Assembly (NCBI GenBank): GCA_963784675.1
Contig: CAWASE010000013.1
Location: 226,660 to 290,659, forward strand
Source: an uncultured Actinomycetes bacterium
Lineage (GTDB): Bacteria > Actinomycetota > Actinomycetes > Mycobacteriales > SCTD01
DNA length: 64,000 nt
Direction: 5' to 3'
The translations under genes and the position numbers were made by a program. The notes under the pieces were generated by a model that saw only the letters and a program-made list of their open reading frames with translations, was not told the DNA's origin and ran no database searches. This document shows positions 20,730 through 30,753 of the stretch, piece after piece. How positions within the stretch are numbered: position 1 is the first letter of the stretch; the number at the start of each line of letters is the position of its first letter.

Positions 20730-21671
20730 ATGACGCCGCAGGCTGAGCAGGAGTTCCAGGCGCACCTCGACGCCGACCAGCGGATCGAGCCCCGGGACGA
20801 CGTGCCGGACGCCTACCGGGCGACGCTGGTCCGCCAGATCGCCCAGCACGCGCACTCCGAGATCATCGGCATGCAGCCCGAGGGGGGCTGGATCACCCGG
20901 GCGCCGTCGTTGCGGCGCAAGGCGGTGCTCGTCGCCAAGGTGCAGGACGAGGCGGGGCACGGCCTCTACCTGTACAGCGCGGCCGAGACCCTCGGCGTCG
21001 ACCGGGCCGACCTGCTCGACCAGCTGCACACCGGTCGGCAGAAGTACTCGACGATCTTCAACTATCCGGCCACCTGCTGGGCTGACGTGGCCGCGATCGG
21101 CTGGCTCGTCGACGGGGCAGCCATCATGAACCAGGTGCCGCTGACCCGCTGCTCCTACGGGCCGTACGCACGGGCGATGACGCGGGTGTGCAAGGAGGAG
21201 AGCTTTCATCAGCGGCAGGGCTTCGAGGCCATGACCGTGCTTGCGCACGGCACCGCGGAGCAGCAGCGCATGGCGCAGGCAGCCCTGGACCGGTGGTGGT
21301 GGCCGGCGTTGATGATGTTCGGCCCGACCGACACCGACTCGCCGAACTCGGCCCGGTCGATGGCCTGGGGCATCAAGCGTTTCGGCAACGACGAGCTGCG
21401 CCAGCGCTTCGTCGACGCGACGGTGCCGCAGGCCCAGCACCTGGGTCTGCGGGTCCCGGACGACGACCTCAGGTTCGACGACGCCACGGGCCACTGGATC
21501 TCCGGCGAGATCGACTGGAGCGAGTTCGCGCGCGTCATGCGCGGCGACGGACCGTGCAACCGCGAGCGGATGGCGTTCCGCGTGCAGGCTCACGAGGACG
21601 GCGCCTGGGTGCGCGAGGCGGCGGCGGCCTACGCCGTGAAGCAGGCCGCTCGCGCCCAGACCGCGGCGTGA
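20730..21671 (+). CDS. paaA: 1,2-phenylacetyl-CoA epoxidase subunit A
   Basis: Di-iron ferritin-like motifs QHAHSEIIG...[13 protein letters not shown]...[11 protein letters not shown]. Confidence 0.9.
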   Translation: MTPQAEQEFQAHLDADQRIEPRDDVPDAYRATLVRQIAQHAHSEIIGMQPEGGWITRAPSLRRKAVLVAKVQDEAGHGLYLYSAAETLGVDRADLLDQLHTGRQKYSTIFNYPATCWADVAAIGWLVDGAAIMNQVPLTRCSYGPYARAMTRVCKEESFHQRQGFEAMTVLAHGTAEQQRMAQAALDRWWWPALMMFGPTDTDSPNSARSMAWGIKRFGNDELRQRFVDATVPQAQHLGLRVPDDDLRFDDATGHWISGEIDWSEFARVMRGDGPCNRERMAFRVQAHEDGAWVREAAAAYAVKQAARAQTAA

Positions 21672-21997
21672 CGACCCCCCCGCTGTCACCTTCGAGCGGC
21701 CCGCCGCTGTCCTCTCTGAGCGGCCCGCCGCTGTGGGAAGTCTTCGTGCGGAGCGCCCGCGGCCTCTCGCACACGCACGTCGGCAGCCTGCACGCCGCCG
21801 ACGCGCACCTCGCCCTGCGCAACGCCCGCGACGTGTACACGCGCCGGCAGGAGGGCGTCTCGATCTGGGTCGTCCCCGCCGCGGAGGTGGTGGCCAGCAG
21901 CCCGGACGAGAAGGATGCCTTCTTCGAACCGGCCGGTGACAAGGTCTACCGCCACCCGACCTTCTACGACGTCCCGGACGGGTTGACCCACCTGTGA
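21668..21997 (+). CDS. paaB: 1,2-phenylacetyl-CoA epoxidase subunit B
   Basis: [47 protein letters not shown]...[10 protein letters not shown]. The GTGA overlap start gives a longer N-terminus than I expect for PaaB, and that N-terminus contains a tandem duplication. Confidence 0.8.
   Translation: MTTPPLSPSSGPPLSSLSGPPLWEVFVRSARGLSHTHVGSLHAADAHLALRNARDVYTRRQEGVSIWVVPAAEVVASSPDEKDAFFEPAGDKVYRHPTFYDVPDGLTHL
21694..21734 (+). repeat. 24-nt-period tandem duplication (gagcggcccgccgctgt x2) inside the paaB 5' end
   Basis: The 17-mer gagcggcccgccgctgt occurs at 21694-21710 and 21718-21734. In the paaB frame it encodes SGPPLS/SGPPLW. Confidence 0.7.
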
Positions 21998-22776
21998 CCG
22001 GTGCGGTGCGATCCCTGGAGGCCAGCGATCCGGACGTGGCGGCCTACGCCCTACGGCTGGGCGACGACGCGCTCGTGCTTGCGCAGCAGCTCTGCGGCTG
22101 GGCCGCACGGGCACCCGAGATCGAACAGGACGTGGCCCTGCTGAACCTCGCACTGGACCTGCTCGGCCAGGCCCGCTCGCTGCTGTCGCTTTCCGGGCGG
22201 CTGGACGGCACCGCCCGCGACGAGGACGCGCTGGCCTACCTGCGGCACGAACGCGAGTTCACCTGCACCCAGCTCGTCGAGGTCGACAACGGTGACTTCG
22301 GTCAGACGATGGCCCGCCAGCTCGTCTTCACCGCGTACGCCCTGCCGCTGTGGCGCACGCTCTGCGGCTCGAGCGACCCGGACCTCGCGGCCATCGCGGG
22401 CAAGGCGGTCAAGGAGACCGCCTACCACCTGGACCACGCACGTACCTGGGTCGTCCGGCTCGGTGACGGCACCCCCGAGAGCGCGCGCCGCATGCAGGCG
22501 GGGCTGGACGCCGTCTGGCCCTTCGCCGCCGACCTGTTCGCACCTGACCCGCTGCTCGACCGGCTGGTCCGGGCCGGGGTCGCCGCCGACCCCGCCGCGC
22601 TGGAGCAGCAGTGGCGCGGCACGGTCGAGCAGGTGCTCGCCGAGGCGACGCTGACCGTGCCGGCGACCACCTGGCGACCGACAGGCGGCCGGACGGGCCA
22701 GCACCTGAGCAGCTTCGGGCTGCTGCTCGCCGAGCTGCAGAGCCTGCACCGTGCCCACCCGGGGGCCCGATGGTGA
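21994..22776 (+). CDS. paaC: 1,2-phenylacetyl-CoA epoxidase subunit C
   Basis: YALRLGDDALVLAQQLCGWAARAPEIEQDVALLNLALDLLGQAR. GTGA overlap with paaB. Confidence 0.85.
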   Translation: MTGAVRSLEASDPDVAAYALRLGDDALVLAQQLCGWAARAPEIEQDVALLNLALDLLGQARSLLSLSGRLDGTARDEDALAYLRHEREFTCTQLVEVDNGDFGQTMARQLVFTAYALPLWRTLCGSSDPDLAAIAGKAVKETAYHLDHARTWVVRLGDGTPESARRMQAGLDAVWPFAADLFAPDPLLDRLVRAGVAADPAALEQQWRGTVEQVLAEATLTVPATTWRPTGGRTGQHLSSFGLLLAELQSLHRAHPGARW

Positions 22777-23264
22777 CCGCGGGCCTCGACGAGGCTGATG
22801 TGCGCCGACTGCTGGACGCCGTGCACGACCCGGAGATCCCGGTGCTCAGCCTCGCCGACCTCGGCGTCCTGCGCGGGGTCGAGATCGACGGCCGTTGCGT
22901 CACCGTCACCCTCACGCCGACCTACTCCGGGTGCCCGGCCCTGGAGGAGATGCGCGCTGACGTCGAGACCTGCTTGCGCGCAGCGGACCTGGAGCCGGTC
23001 GTGCGCATCGTGCTGGCCCCGGCGTGGACGACCTCCGAGATCACGGCGGCCGGCCGCCAGGCGCTGCGCGACTACGGCATCGCCCCGCCCACGGTCGCCC
23101 CCGACCAGCCGGTGCCCCTGACCCTGGCGCGGCGCGTCCTGGACTGTCCGCAGTGCGGGTCGACCGACACCGAACAGCTGTCGCGCTTCGGGTCGACGGC
23201 GTGCCAGGAGATGTGGCGGTGCCGCTCCTGCCGGGAGCCGTTCGACCATCTGCGCGACCTGTGA
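22770..23264 (+). CDS. paaD: phenylacetate-CoA oxygenase subunit PaaD (PaaJ)
   Basis: VHDPEIPVLSLADLGVLRGV...TPTYSGCPA and a C-terminal zinc ribbon CPQCGS...CRSC. The start overlaps the paaC stop. Confidence 0.85.
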   Translation: MVTAGLDEADVRRLLDAVHDPEIPVLSLADLGVLRGVEIDGRCVTVTLTPTYSGCPALEEMRADVETCLRAADLEPVVRIVLAPAWTTSEITAAGRQALRDYGIAPPTVAPDQPVPLTLARRVLDCPQCGSTDTEQLSRFGSTACQEMWRCRSCREPFDHLRDL

Positions 23265-23274
23265 GCCGGCTCTC

Positions 23275-24333
23275 GTGAGCGGGGCCAGCGGCTTCCACCC
23301 GCTGCGGGTGGCGGCGGTCGACCGACTCACCGACGACGCGGTCGCCGTCACGTTCGAGGTGCCCGAGCGGCTCCGCGACGCCTTTGCGTTCCGCGCGGGG
23401 CAGCACGTCACGCTGCGCCGCGACGTCGGCGGTCAGGACGTACGACGGACGTACTCGCTCTGCACCAGCGCGGTCGACGGACCGCTACGGGTCGCCATCA
23501 AGGCCCTGCCCGCAGGCGTGCTGTCCAGCTGGGCGTGCCAGGAGCTCAGGGCGGGCGACAGCGTCGAGGTCGGCCCGCCCTCCGGTGCTTTCGGGCCCGT
23601 CCTGCCGGGAACGTCCCGTCGCTACGGACTCGTCGGAGCCGGCAGCGGGATCACGCCGCTGCTCTCGATCGCGACGACCGTCCTGGCGGTCGAGCCCGAC
23701 AGCGAGGTGGCGCTGATCCTGGGGAACCGGACCAGCCGCGACGTGATGCTGCTGGACGACCTGGCCGACCTGAAGGACCGCCACCCGCAGCGGCTGCAGG
23801 TGCTGCACGTGCTGTCCCGCGAGGAGCAGGCCGCGCCGCTGCTGTCCGGACGGCTGGACGGCGACCGGCTCCGGCAGGTGCTCGACGCCCTGCTGCCGCC
23901 CGAGACCGTCGACGCCTGGTACCTCTGCGGACCGTTCGGCGTGGTGACCGGCGCACGCGACACCCTGCTCGCCCTGGGGGTGCCGGCCACGGACGTGCAC
24001 GTCGAGCTGTTCCACGCCGACGCCCCGCCGCCTCGTCCGGCGGTGGAGCACCGTTCGACCGGGACCGCCGTCACCGCCACGCTGCACGGACGCACCAGCG
24101 AGCTCATCTGCCCTCCCGGCCAGGTGGTGCTCGACGCGGTGCTGGCCGTCCGGGCGGACGCGCCGTTCGCCTGCCGGGGCGGGGTGTGCGGCACGTGTCG
24201 TGCGCACGTGGATCACGGTGCGGTCCAGATGGACGTCAACTGGGCCCTGGAGCCCGACGAGCTCGCGGCCGGCGTCGTGCTCACCTGCCAGGCGCGACCG
24301 GTGACCGAGGCTCTCGGGCTGACCTTCCTCTGA
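23275..24333 (+). CDS. paaE: phenylacetyl-CoA epoxidase reductase subunit (FNR-like plus 2Fe-2S ferredoxin)
   Basis: RAGQHVTLR...RTYSL (FAD), GAGSGITP (NAD), C-terminal CRGGVCGTCRA. Confidence 0.9.
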   Translation: MSGASGFHPLRVAAVDRLTDDAVAVTFEVPERLRDAFAFRAGQHVTLRRDVGGQDVRRTYSLCTSAVDGPLRVAIKALPAGVLSSWACQELRAGDSVEVGPPSGAFGPVLPGTSRRYGLVGAGSGITPLLSIATTVLAVEPDSEVALILGNRTSRDVMLLDDLADLKDRHPQRLQVLHVLSREEQAAPLLSGRLDGDRLRQVLDALLPPETVDAWYLCGPFGVVTGARDTLLALGVPATDVHVELFHADAPPPRPAVEHRSTGTAVTATLHGRTSELICPPGQVVLDAVLAVRADAPFACRGGVCGTCRAHVDHGAVQMDVNWALEPDELAAGVVLTCQARPVTEALGLTFL

Positions 24334-24394
24334 GGTCGAGCGCTCGGCCGCGGATAGCCTGAGGGCTCCCGTCCCCGAGCCCGACGAGGTCACC

Positions 24395-24820
24395 GTGTCC
24401 GTGCCTGCTGCCCGCCTGCGGTCCGCGCTGGTGGCCGGTGGCCTCCTGCTGGTCGCGGCCTGCTCCTCGCAGACGACGGGGCAGCAGGCGGAGTCGAACC
24501 CGACGACCGCCGGCGCCGGCGCGGCGAGCGCTGAGCTGGTCTCGGTGCAGGCTGACGTCGGCCGGTTGGCGCCCGAGCTGGAGAGCTTCGTGCGTGGGGG
24601 TGCCTATCCGACCGACCTCGCCGGCGCTCTCGCAGCCCTGGCGAAGGCGGGGCTCGCGCCGTCGGCGGGCAACACCGTCGCCGGGTATGTCTACGACTTG
24701 CAGACGGTCGAGTTCACGCTGTGCGTCGAGAGTGCGTCCGGAGCCTTTGCCACCTACGACACCCGGCCGATGTCGTTGCGCCAGCAGGGCGAGAGCGGCG
24801 GCTGCGCGGCGGCGTCCTAG
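24395..24820 (+). CDS. hypothetical lipoprotein
   Basis: Signal peptide with lipobox: [18 protein letters not shown]. No recognisable domain. GC3 bias supports coding. Confidence 0.6.
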   Translation: MSVPAARLRSALVAGGLLLVAACSSQTTGQQAESNPTTAGAGAASAELVSVQADVGRLAPELESFVRGGAYPTDLAGALAALAKAGLAPSAGNTVAGYVYDLQTVEFTLCVESASGAFATYDTRPMSLRQQGESGGCAAAS

Positions 24821-24945
24821 CTCGAAGGCCCCTGGGACGCCCCGGACGGGAGGTCGTGGCCGGCGGGAGACCGGCGGAGGACGGCGGACGGGGTGCCGCT
24901 GGAGGCCGACGCTCGTACCCTGGGAGCGTGGAGACGACCCCGATC

Positions 24946-26268
24946 ATGCGCGTCCTCGACCTTCGTGGCACGGAGCTGGCTGCGGGGTCGCCGGTCGTGC
25001 TGCCGCGTGCCGCGCTCGATGTGGAGGCTGCGCTCGACACCGTGCGACCGATCGTCGCGCAGGTGCGCGACGGCGGGGTCCAGGCCCTGCTGGAGCTCGG
25101 CGAGCGGCTGGACGGCGTCCGGCCGCCGTCGCTGCGCGTGCCGGCCCAGGCGCTGGCCGACGCCCTCGCGGCGCTGGACCCCACGGTGCGGAGCGCCCTG
25201 GAGGAGGCCGTCCGACGGGCTCGACAGGTGCATGCCGACCAGCGACGCGAGGAGCACACGACCCGCCTGTCCGACGGCGGCAGCGTCACGGCACGGTGGA
25301 TCCCGGTCGACCGCGTCGGGCTGTACGTGCCGGGTGGCCGCGCGGTCTATCCCAGCTCGGTGGTGATGAACGTGGTGCCGGCGCAGGAGGCGGGGGTGCC
25401 GTCGTTGGCCATCGCCTCGCCTCCTCAGCGAGAGCACGGCGGGCTGCCGCACCCGACCATCCTCGCGGCGGCGGCGCTGCTCGGCGTCGAGGAGGTGTAT
25501 GCCGTCGGTGGCGCCCAGGCGGTGGCGATGTTCGCCTACGGGGCGAGCGACGCCGAGGGCGCGCTCGTCTGCCGCAAGGCTGACCTGGTCACCGGGCCCG
25601 GCAACATCTACGTCACGGCGGCCAAGCGTCTGCTCAAGGGCTTGATCGGCATCGACGCGGAGGCCGGACCGACCGAGATCGCGGTGCTCGCCGACGACAC
25701 GGGCGACGCCGCCTTCATCGCCGCCGACCTCATCAGCCAGGCTGAGCACGACGTCGTCGCCGCGTCGGTCCTGGTCACCGACAGCGTGCCGCTGGCCGAC
25801 GCGGTCCAGGCCGCGCTGCGCGAACAGGTTCCGGCCACCAAGCACGCCGAACGCATCCGCGAGGCGCTGGAGGGCCAGCAGTCGTCGATCGTGCTCGTCG
25901 ACGATCTCGAGGCCGGCCTGGTGGTGGTGAACAGCTACGCGGCCGAGCACCTGGAGATCCACACCCGCGATGCCGCCGCGGTGGCCCGCCGCGTCCGCAA
26001 CGCCGGTGCCGTCTTCGTCGGCCCCTATGCGCCGGTGTCGTTGGGGGACTACTGCGCGGGCTCCAACCACGTGCTGCCGACCGGGGGCTGCGCCTGCCAC
26101 TCCAGCGGCCTGTCGGTGCAGACGTTCCTTCGTGGCGTGCACCTGATCGAGTACGACCAGGGGGCGCTGCGCGAGGTCGGCGGGCACGTGCTCGCGCTGT
26201 CGCAGGCCGAGGACCTGCCGGCGCACGGCCAGGCGGTGTCGGTCCGCTTCCCCGGCGAGCAGCTCTAG
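24946..26268 (+). CDS. hisD: histidinol dehydrogenase
   Basis: MRVLDLRG...[24 protein letters not shown]...[12 protein letters not shown]...DLISQAEHD...[13 protein letters not shown] is collinear with mycobacterial HisD. A GTG at 24928 is an alternative start. Confidence 0.85.
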   Translation: MRVLDLRGTELAAGSPVVLPRAALDVEAALDTVRPIVAQVRDGGVQALLELGERLDGVRPPSLRVPAQALADALAALDPTVRSALEEAVRRARQVHADQRREEHTTRLSDGGSVTARWIPVDRVGLYVPGGRAVYPSSVVMNVVPAQEAGVPSLAIASPPQREHGGLPHPTILAAAALLGVEEVYAVGGAQAVAMFAYGASDAEGALVCRKADLVTGPGNIYVTAAKRLLKGLIGIDAEAGPTEIAVLADDTGDAAFIAADLISQAEHDVVAASVLVTDSVPLADAVQAALREQVPATKHAERIREALEGQQSSIVLVDDLEAGLVVVNSYAAEHLEIHTRDAAAVARRVRNAGAVFVGPYAPVSLGDYCAGSNHVLPTGGCACHSSGLSVQTFLRGVHLIEYDQGALREVGGHVLALSQAEDLPAHGQAVSVRFPGEQL

Positions 26269-27620
26269 CCGGCCAGACCGATCGCGTTGCCCCGTGCCAC
26301 CGGACCGAACAGCAACGTCACCAGGTCAGGGACGTCGTCGGGTGCGACGCCGAGCACGGGACCGGCGACCACGCCCAGGGCCAGCTTCTCGCGTCGGGTC
26401 TGCGACAGCGCCCGGGCCGGGTCGCGCTGCGCGTCCGGACCTGCTGCCGGCGGGCCCTGGCTGCCCCGGCCCACGCACTCCCGCTGCACCCCCGGAGCGG
26501 CTTCCTGGTCGTCGCAGTATCCGTCGGTGTACTCGTCGGGCACCGGGAACGGGACGACAGGAGCGTTCGGCGGCAGGCCGAGGCACGTCGGACCGTTGTC
26601 AGCGCCGTAGCGGGGCTCGTCACCGGGCTGATAGCCGCCCTGGTCCCGCACCGTCTCGACGGTGATGTGCAGACCCGGCTGCAGTCCGCCGAACGTCTTG
26701 TTGGCGAGGACAGCCTGCTTCTCGAGCCCCCGCGCCAGACAGGAGAACTCGGGGCTGTAGCGCTGGTAGACCTGCAGGCTGGGCAGGCTGTCTGCGGCGA
26801 GGCGGACCAGGCGCTGCTCGTTGTCGCCCAGCAAGGTCTGCAGCTCTTGGTCGAAGGTCGTCGTGGTGCGCAGAAAGGTGCTCAGCTGGCCGGAGGTGTC
26901 GACCAGGCTCCGGGAGAGGAAGGACAGGTTGTCCAGCACGGCGAGCAGGTCGGGGCGGGTCGCGTCGACGGTGTCCGCGAAGTCGGCCAGTCCACCGAAG
27001 TCCTGTCCGAGGGTCGTCAGGTCGGGATTGATCCCCCGCACGTACTGCTCGGTGATCTCCAGGTTCTGACCGATCTGCTCACCGCGGCCCCGCAGCGCCG
27101 TGCTCACGGCGTTCAGGGTGGTGCTGACCTCGGCCGGCTTCAGGGCCTGGAGCAGCGGGAGCAGGTTGTCGAGCGCGCGGCTGGTCTCCCGGGCGGCGGC
27201 GGTGCGGTCCTGGCTGATGACGTCGCCCTCTCGCAACGACCGGGCGGTGCTGGTGCTGTCGACGACGATGTCGACGAACTTCTCCCCGAACAACGTCTTC
27301 GGCAGCAGCATCACCGAGGAGTCGGCGGGCAGCCGGCCGATCTGCTGCGGCATGAGCTCCAGCGTGATCCGGGCGCCGTCGCCGGTGCTGTCGACCTCGG
27401 TGATGCGACCGACCAGGACGCCCCGGGCCTTGACGTCACCACCCTTGGTGAGCTGGCTGCCCACGCGGTCGGCATCGACGTAGACGGTGACCGAGGGGGT
27501 GAACGACTGCCGGTAGAGGGCGACGGTGACGCCCACCAGGCCGGCGATGACCCCGAGGAACAACAGGCCCACCAGCTGCTGGCGCAGCCGGCGGCGACCT
27601 GTCAGCAGAGGGGCGGACAT
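26265..27620 (-). CDS. MCE (MlaD-domain) family protein, solitary
   Basis: N-terminal [23 protein letters not shown]. Mce domain [31 protein letters not shown]...[15 protein letters not shown]. Long helical region and a Cys/Pro-rich tail. The ATG at 27620 overlaps the TetR stop (TGATG). Confidence 0.8.
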   Translation of the reverse strand: MSAPLLTGRRRLRQQLVGLLFLGVIAGLVGVTVALYRQSFTPSVTVYVDADRVGSQLTKGGDVKARGVLVGRITEVDSTGDGARITLELMPQQIGRLPADSSVMLLPKTLFGEKFVDIVVDSTSTARSLREGDVISQDRTAAARETSRALDNLLPLLQALKPAEVSTTLNAVSTALRGRGEQIGQNLEITEQYVRGINPDLTTLGQDFGGLADFADTVDATRPDLLAVLDNLSFLSRSLVDTSGQLSTFLRTTTTFDQELQTLLGDNEQRLVRLAADSLPSLQVYQRYSPEFSCLARGLEKQAVLANKTFGGLQPGLHITVETVRDQGGYQPGDEPRYGADNGPTCLGLPPNAPVVPFPVPDEYTDGYCDDQEAAPGVQRECVGRGSQGPPAAGPDAQRDPARALSQTRREKLALGVVAGPVLGVAPDDVPDLVTLLFGPVARGNAIGLAG

Positions 27621-28294
27621 CAGCTCTCCCTGGGACTGTTCGGGGTGACCGGACTCACAGTAGGGCCAGTCATCGCTTTCAGTGCAGACCGGGCGAAGTC
27701 GGTGAACTCCTGCACACAGCGCTGGTCCGGCTGCTCCAGCAGCATCCGGGCGCTGCCCTCGGCCAGGGTGAACACGGCGCGCGCGAACAGGTCTCGGTCC
27801 AGCGTCGGACCGCCGCGGCGCGGCAGTCCCCACTCCAGCAGGTCGCGCAGCGTGGAGAACATGACCCGGCGCTGGGACTGCACCCGGGCGGCCACCTCGG
27901 TCGGCGCACCCTCCGGCGGCAGCAGCACGACCCGCCAGGTCCTCGGGTCGCTGCAGACCGACCGAAGATAGGCGTCCAGCCCGTCGACGAGCAGGGCGTC
28001 GGGGTCGATGTCGTCGTCGGGCTCGGGCAGGGCCGGGAAGACCTGGGCCAGCTGCGCCAGGACCCGTCGCTCCGAGCGCTCGAACAGCCCGGTGAGCAGC
28101 GCGTCGCGGTCGGCGAACAACCCGTAGACGACCGGTCGCGTCACCCGGCACGCGCGTGCGACGCCGTCGACGGTGACGGCGTGGAAGCCCCGCTCGAGGG
28201 CGATGTCCAGCACGGCGTCCAGCAGCTGCTCACGACGCTGCTCGGGGGGCAGCCGCGGGGCGTACGCGCGCTTGGCCGTAGTTGCGGAGGGCAC
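27620..28294 (-). CDS. TetR family transcriptional regulator
   Basis: HTH REQLLDAVLDIALERGFHAVTVDGVARACRVTRPVVYGLFADRDALL. GTG start at 28294. Confidence 0.8.
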   Translation of the reverse strand: MPSATTAKRAYAPRLPPEQRREQLLDAVLDIALERGFHAVTVDGVARACRVTRPVVYGLFADRDALLTGLFERSERRVLAQLAQVFPALPEPDDDIDPDALLVDGLDAYLRSVCSDPRTWRVVLLPPEGAPTEVAARVQSQRRVMFSTLRDLLEWGLPRRGGPTLDRDLFARAVFTLAEGSARMLLEQPDQRCVQEFTDFARSALKAMTGPTVSPVTPNSPRES

Positions 28295-28300
28295 CGGACA

Positions 28301-28324
28301 ATGCTACATCTATGTTGCTACATC
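28301..28324. promoter_or_regulatory. AT-rich divergent promoter/operator region (direct repeat TGCTACATC x2; possible leaderless -10 TAGCAT for the TetR gene)
   Basis: The + strand reads atgctacatctatgttgctacatc. TGCTACATC occurs at 28302-28310 and 28316-28324. On the minus strand TAGCAT lies 6 nt before the TetR GTG. It is an imperfect palindrome, GCTACATCTATGTTGC. Confidence 0.4.
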
Positions 28325-28348
28325 AGTGAAGGATTATGAGGAGCGTCC

Positions 28349-29896
28349 ATGAGCACGGGCATCGCCCCCAACCTCGCGAGCACCCGTCCGCAGGTGCCGC
28401 TGCCGGCCCGCGTCCGGACGGTCGTCGTCGGGACCGGTTTCGCGGGGCTCGGGACGGCCGCGCGGCTGCGGCAGCGCGGCGACCGCGACTTCGTCGTGCT
28501 GGAACGGGCCGACGACGTCGGTGGTACCTGGCGTGACAACAGCTATCCGGGCTGCGCGTGCGACGTGCCCAGCCACCTGTACTCGCTCTCCTTCGCCCCG
28601 AATCCTGCCTGGACCAGGGCGTTCTCGCCGCAGCCGGAGATCCAGGCCTATCTGCAGCAGGTCGCGGCCGACTCCGGGGTGCTGCCGCACGTGCACTTCC
28701 GCACCGAGGTGCAGCAGGCCCGCTGGGACGAGGCGGCCTCGACGTGGGAGGTCCGCACGGACCGGGGCACGGTGGTGGCGGACGTCCTCGTGCTCGGCAC
28801 CGGCGGACTCTCGGACCCGAGCGTGCCGGACCTGCCCGGGCTGGATCGCTTCACCGGTACGACGTTCCATTCCGCGACGTGGAAGCATGACCACGACCTC
28901 ACTGGTCGCCGCGTCGCTGTCGTCGGGACCGGCGCCTCGGCCATCCAGTTCGTCCCCCACGTGCAGCAGGCGGCGGCCCACCTGACGCTCTTCCAGCGCA
29001 CGCCGCCGTGGGTGCTGCCACGACGGGACCGGGCGATCACCGCCCTGGAGCGGCGGCTGCACGCGCGGCTGCCGGCGACGCGGCTGCTCCGACGTGCCGG
29101 TCTGTACGTCGCCCGCGAGAGCTGGTTGGTCGCCTTCACGGTGCAGCCCGCGATCATGAAGCTGGCGGAGCGGGTGGCTCGTGCACTGCTGGCCCGCCAG
29201 GTGCCGGACCCGGTCCTGCGGGCCAAGCTCACCCCGCGCTACCGGCTCGGCTGCAAGCGCGTGCTGCTCAGCAACGCCTACTACCCGGCGCTCGCGCAGG
29301 ACGACGTCGACGTCGTGACCGACCCGATCGTCGGGGTCACCGAGGATGCCGTGCTCACCCGCACCGCGGACGGCGGGACCACGCAGCACCCGGTGGACAC
29401 CATCATCTTCGGCACCGGCTTTCGCATCACGAACCCGCCGATCGCGGAGCGGGTCGTCGGACGAGGCGGACGCACGCTGCGCGAGGCGTGGGACGACGAC
29501 GGCATGACCGCCTTCCACGGCACCACCGTGGCCGGCTTCCCGAACCTGTTCTTCCTCGTCGGCCCGAACACGGGCCTGGGGCACACCTCGATCGTGTACA
29601 TGATCGAGTCCCAGATCGCCTATCTAATGGGTGCTCTGGACGTGCTTCGCGACCAGGGACTGGCCGCCTTCGAGCCGTTGCCCGAGCGGCAGCAGCAGTG
29701 GAACGACCGGCTGCAGGACGACCTCGCGGACACCGTCTGGAACGCCGGCGGCTGCTCGTCGTGGTACCTGGACGCGTCCGGGCGCAACACGACCCTGTGG
29801 CCGACCTTCACCCTGCCCTACCGCCGGGCGCTCGCGCGCTTCGACGTGGCCGACTACCGGACCACCCGCCGCAACGACCAGGAGGACGCCGCATGA
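28349..29896 (+). CDS. flavin-containing (Baeyer-Villiger type) monooxygenase
   Basis: VVVGTGFAGLG (FAD), DVGGTWRDNSYPGCACDVPSHLY, VAVVGTGASAIQ (NADP). GAGGAG lies 5 nt upstream of the ATG. Confidence 0.85.
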   Translation: MSTGIAPNLASTRPQVPLPARVRTVVVGTGFAGLGTAARLRQRGDRDFVVLERADDVGGTWRDNSYPGCACDVPSHLYSLSFAPNPAWTRAFSPQPEIQAYLQQVAADSGVLPHVHFRTEVQQARWDEAASTWEVRTDRGTVVADVLVLGTGGLSDPSVPDLPGLDRFTGTTFHSATWKHDHDLTGRRVAVVGTGASAIQFVPHVQQAAAHLTLFQRTPPWVLPRRDRAITALERRLHARLPATRLLRRAGLYVARESWLVAFTVQPAIMKLAERVARALLARQVPDPVLRAKLTPRYRLGCKRVLLSNAYYPALAQDDVDVVTDPIVGVTEDAVLTRTADGGTTQHPVDTIIFGTGFRITNPPIAERVVGRGGRTLREAWDDDGMTAFHGTTVAGFPNLFFLVGPNTGLGHTSIVYMIESQIAYLMGALDVLRDQGLAAFEPLPERQQQWNDRLQDDLADTVWNAGGCSSWYLDASGRNTTLWPTFTLPYRRALARFDVADYRTTRRNDQEDAA

Positions 29897-30708
29897 AGGC
29901 CGACCTGACCGGCAAGGTCGTCGTCATCACCGGGGCGGCGACGGGCATCGGCGCGGCGCTGGCCACCGAGCTGTCCGGCCGCGGAGCCTGCATCGCGCTG
30001 CTCGGCCTCGGCGACCTGGACGAGGCCGCACGCGTGCTGCCGCGGGCCAGGTGCTGGCAGGTGGACGTGACGGACCCCGTGCGGCTGGTCGCGGTCGCGG
30101 AACAGGTCCGCGAGCACTACGGACGCGTCGACGTGCTCGTCGTGAACGCCGGCATCGGCGGCGGCGGCTCGCTGCTCGGCAGCGACGCCGACAGCTACGA
30201 CCGCATGATCGAGGTGAACCTGATGGGCAGCGTGCGCACCGTCCGCGCGTTCCTGCCGGCGTTGGTCCAGAGCCGCGGCTATGTGCTGCAGATCGCCTCG
30301 ATGGCGGCGCTGGTGCATGCCCCGCTGATGAGCTCCTACTGCGCCAGCAAGGCCGGGGTCGAGGCCTTCGCCCACAGCCTGCGGGCCGAGCTCGCCCACC
30401 GGGGTGTCGCCGTCGGCGTCGCCTACCTGGCGTTCACCGACACCCCGATGGTGCAGGGGGTCGACCGGGACGTCGCCCTGGCCGAGTTCAGGCAGTCGAT
30501 CCCCGGACCGCTGGGCCGTACCTATCCGCTGGCCCCCGCCGTGCTCCGCCTCGCCGACGGCATCTGCCGCCGCGCCCCGGCGGTGTACGCGCAGGCCTGG
30601 CTGCGGCTGCTGCCGGCGCTGCACGGGCTGCTGCCCGGCCTGGTCGTGCGTACGCAGGCGTCGGCAGCGGGTCGTACCGAGGCCAGGCTGGTCCGTGCTG
30701 AGCCCTAG
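29893..30708 (+). CDS. short-chain dehydrogenase/reductase
   Basis: VVVITGAATGIGAA, NAG, and catalytic SYCASKAG. ATGA overlap with the monooxygenase gene. Confidence 0.85.
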   Translation: MKADLTGKVVVITGAATGIGAALATELSGRGACIALLGLGDLDEAARVLPRARCWQVDVTDPVRLVAVAEQVREHYGRVDVLVVNAGIGGGGSLLGSDADSYDRMIEVNLMGSVRTVRAFLPALVQSRGYVLQIASMAALVHAPLMSSYCASKAGVEAFAHSLRAELAHRGVAVGVAYLAFTDTPMVQGVDRDVALAEFRQSIPGPLGRTYPLAPAVLRLADGICRRAPAVYAQAWLRLLPALHGLLPGLVVRTQASAAGRTEARLVRAEP

Positions 30709-30753
30709 CATCGCGCCTGCAGTCCCGGCCCGGCACGCGAGAGGCAGGTCCCG

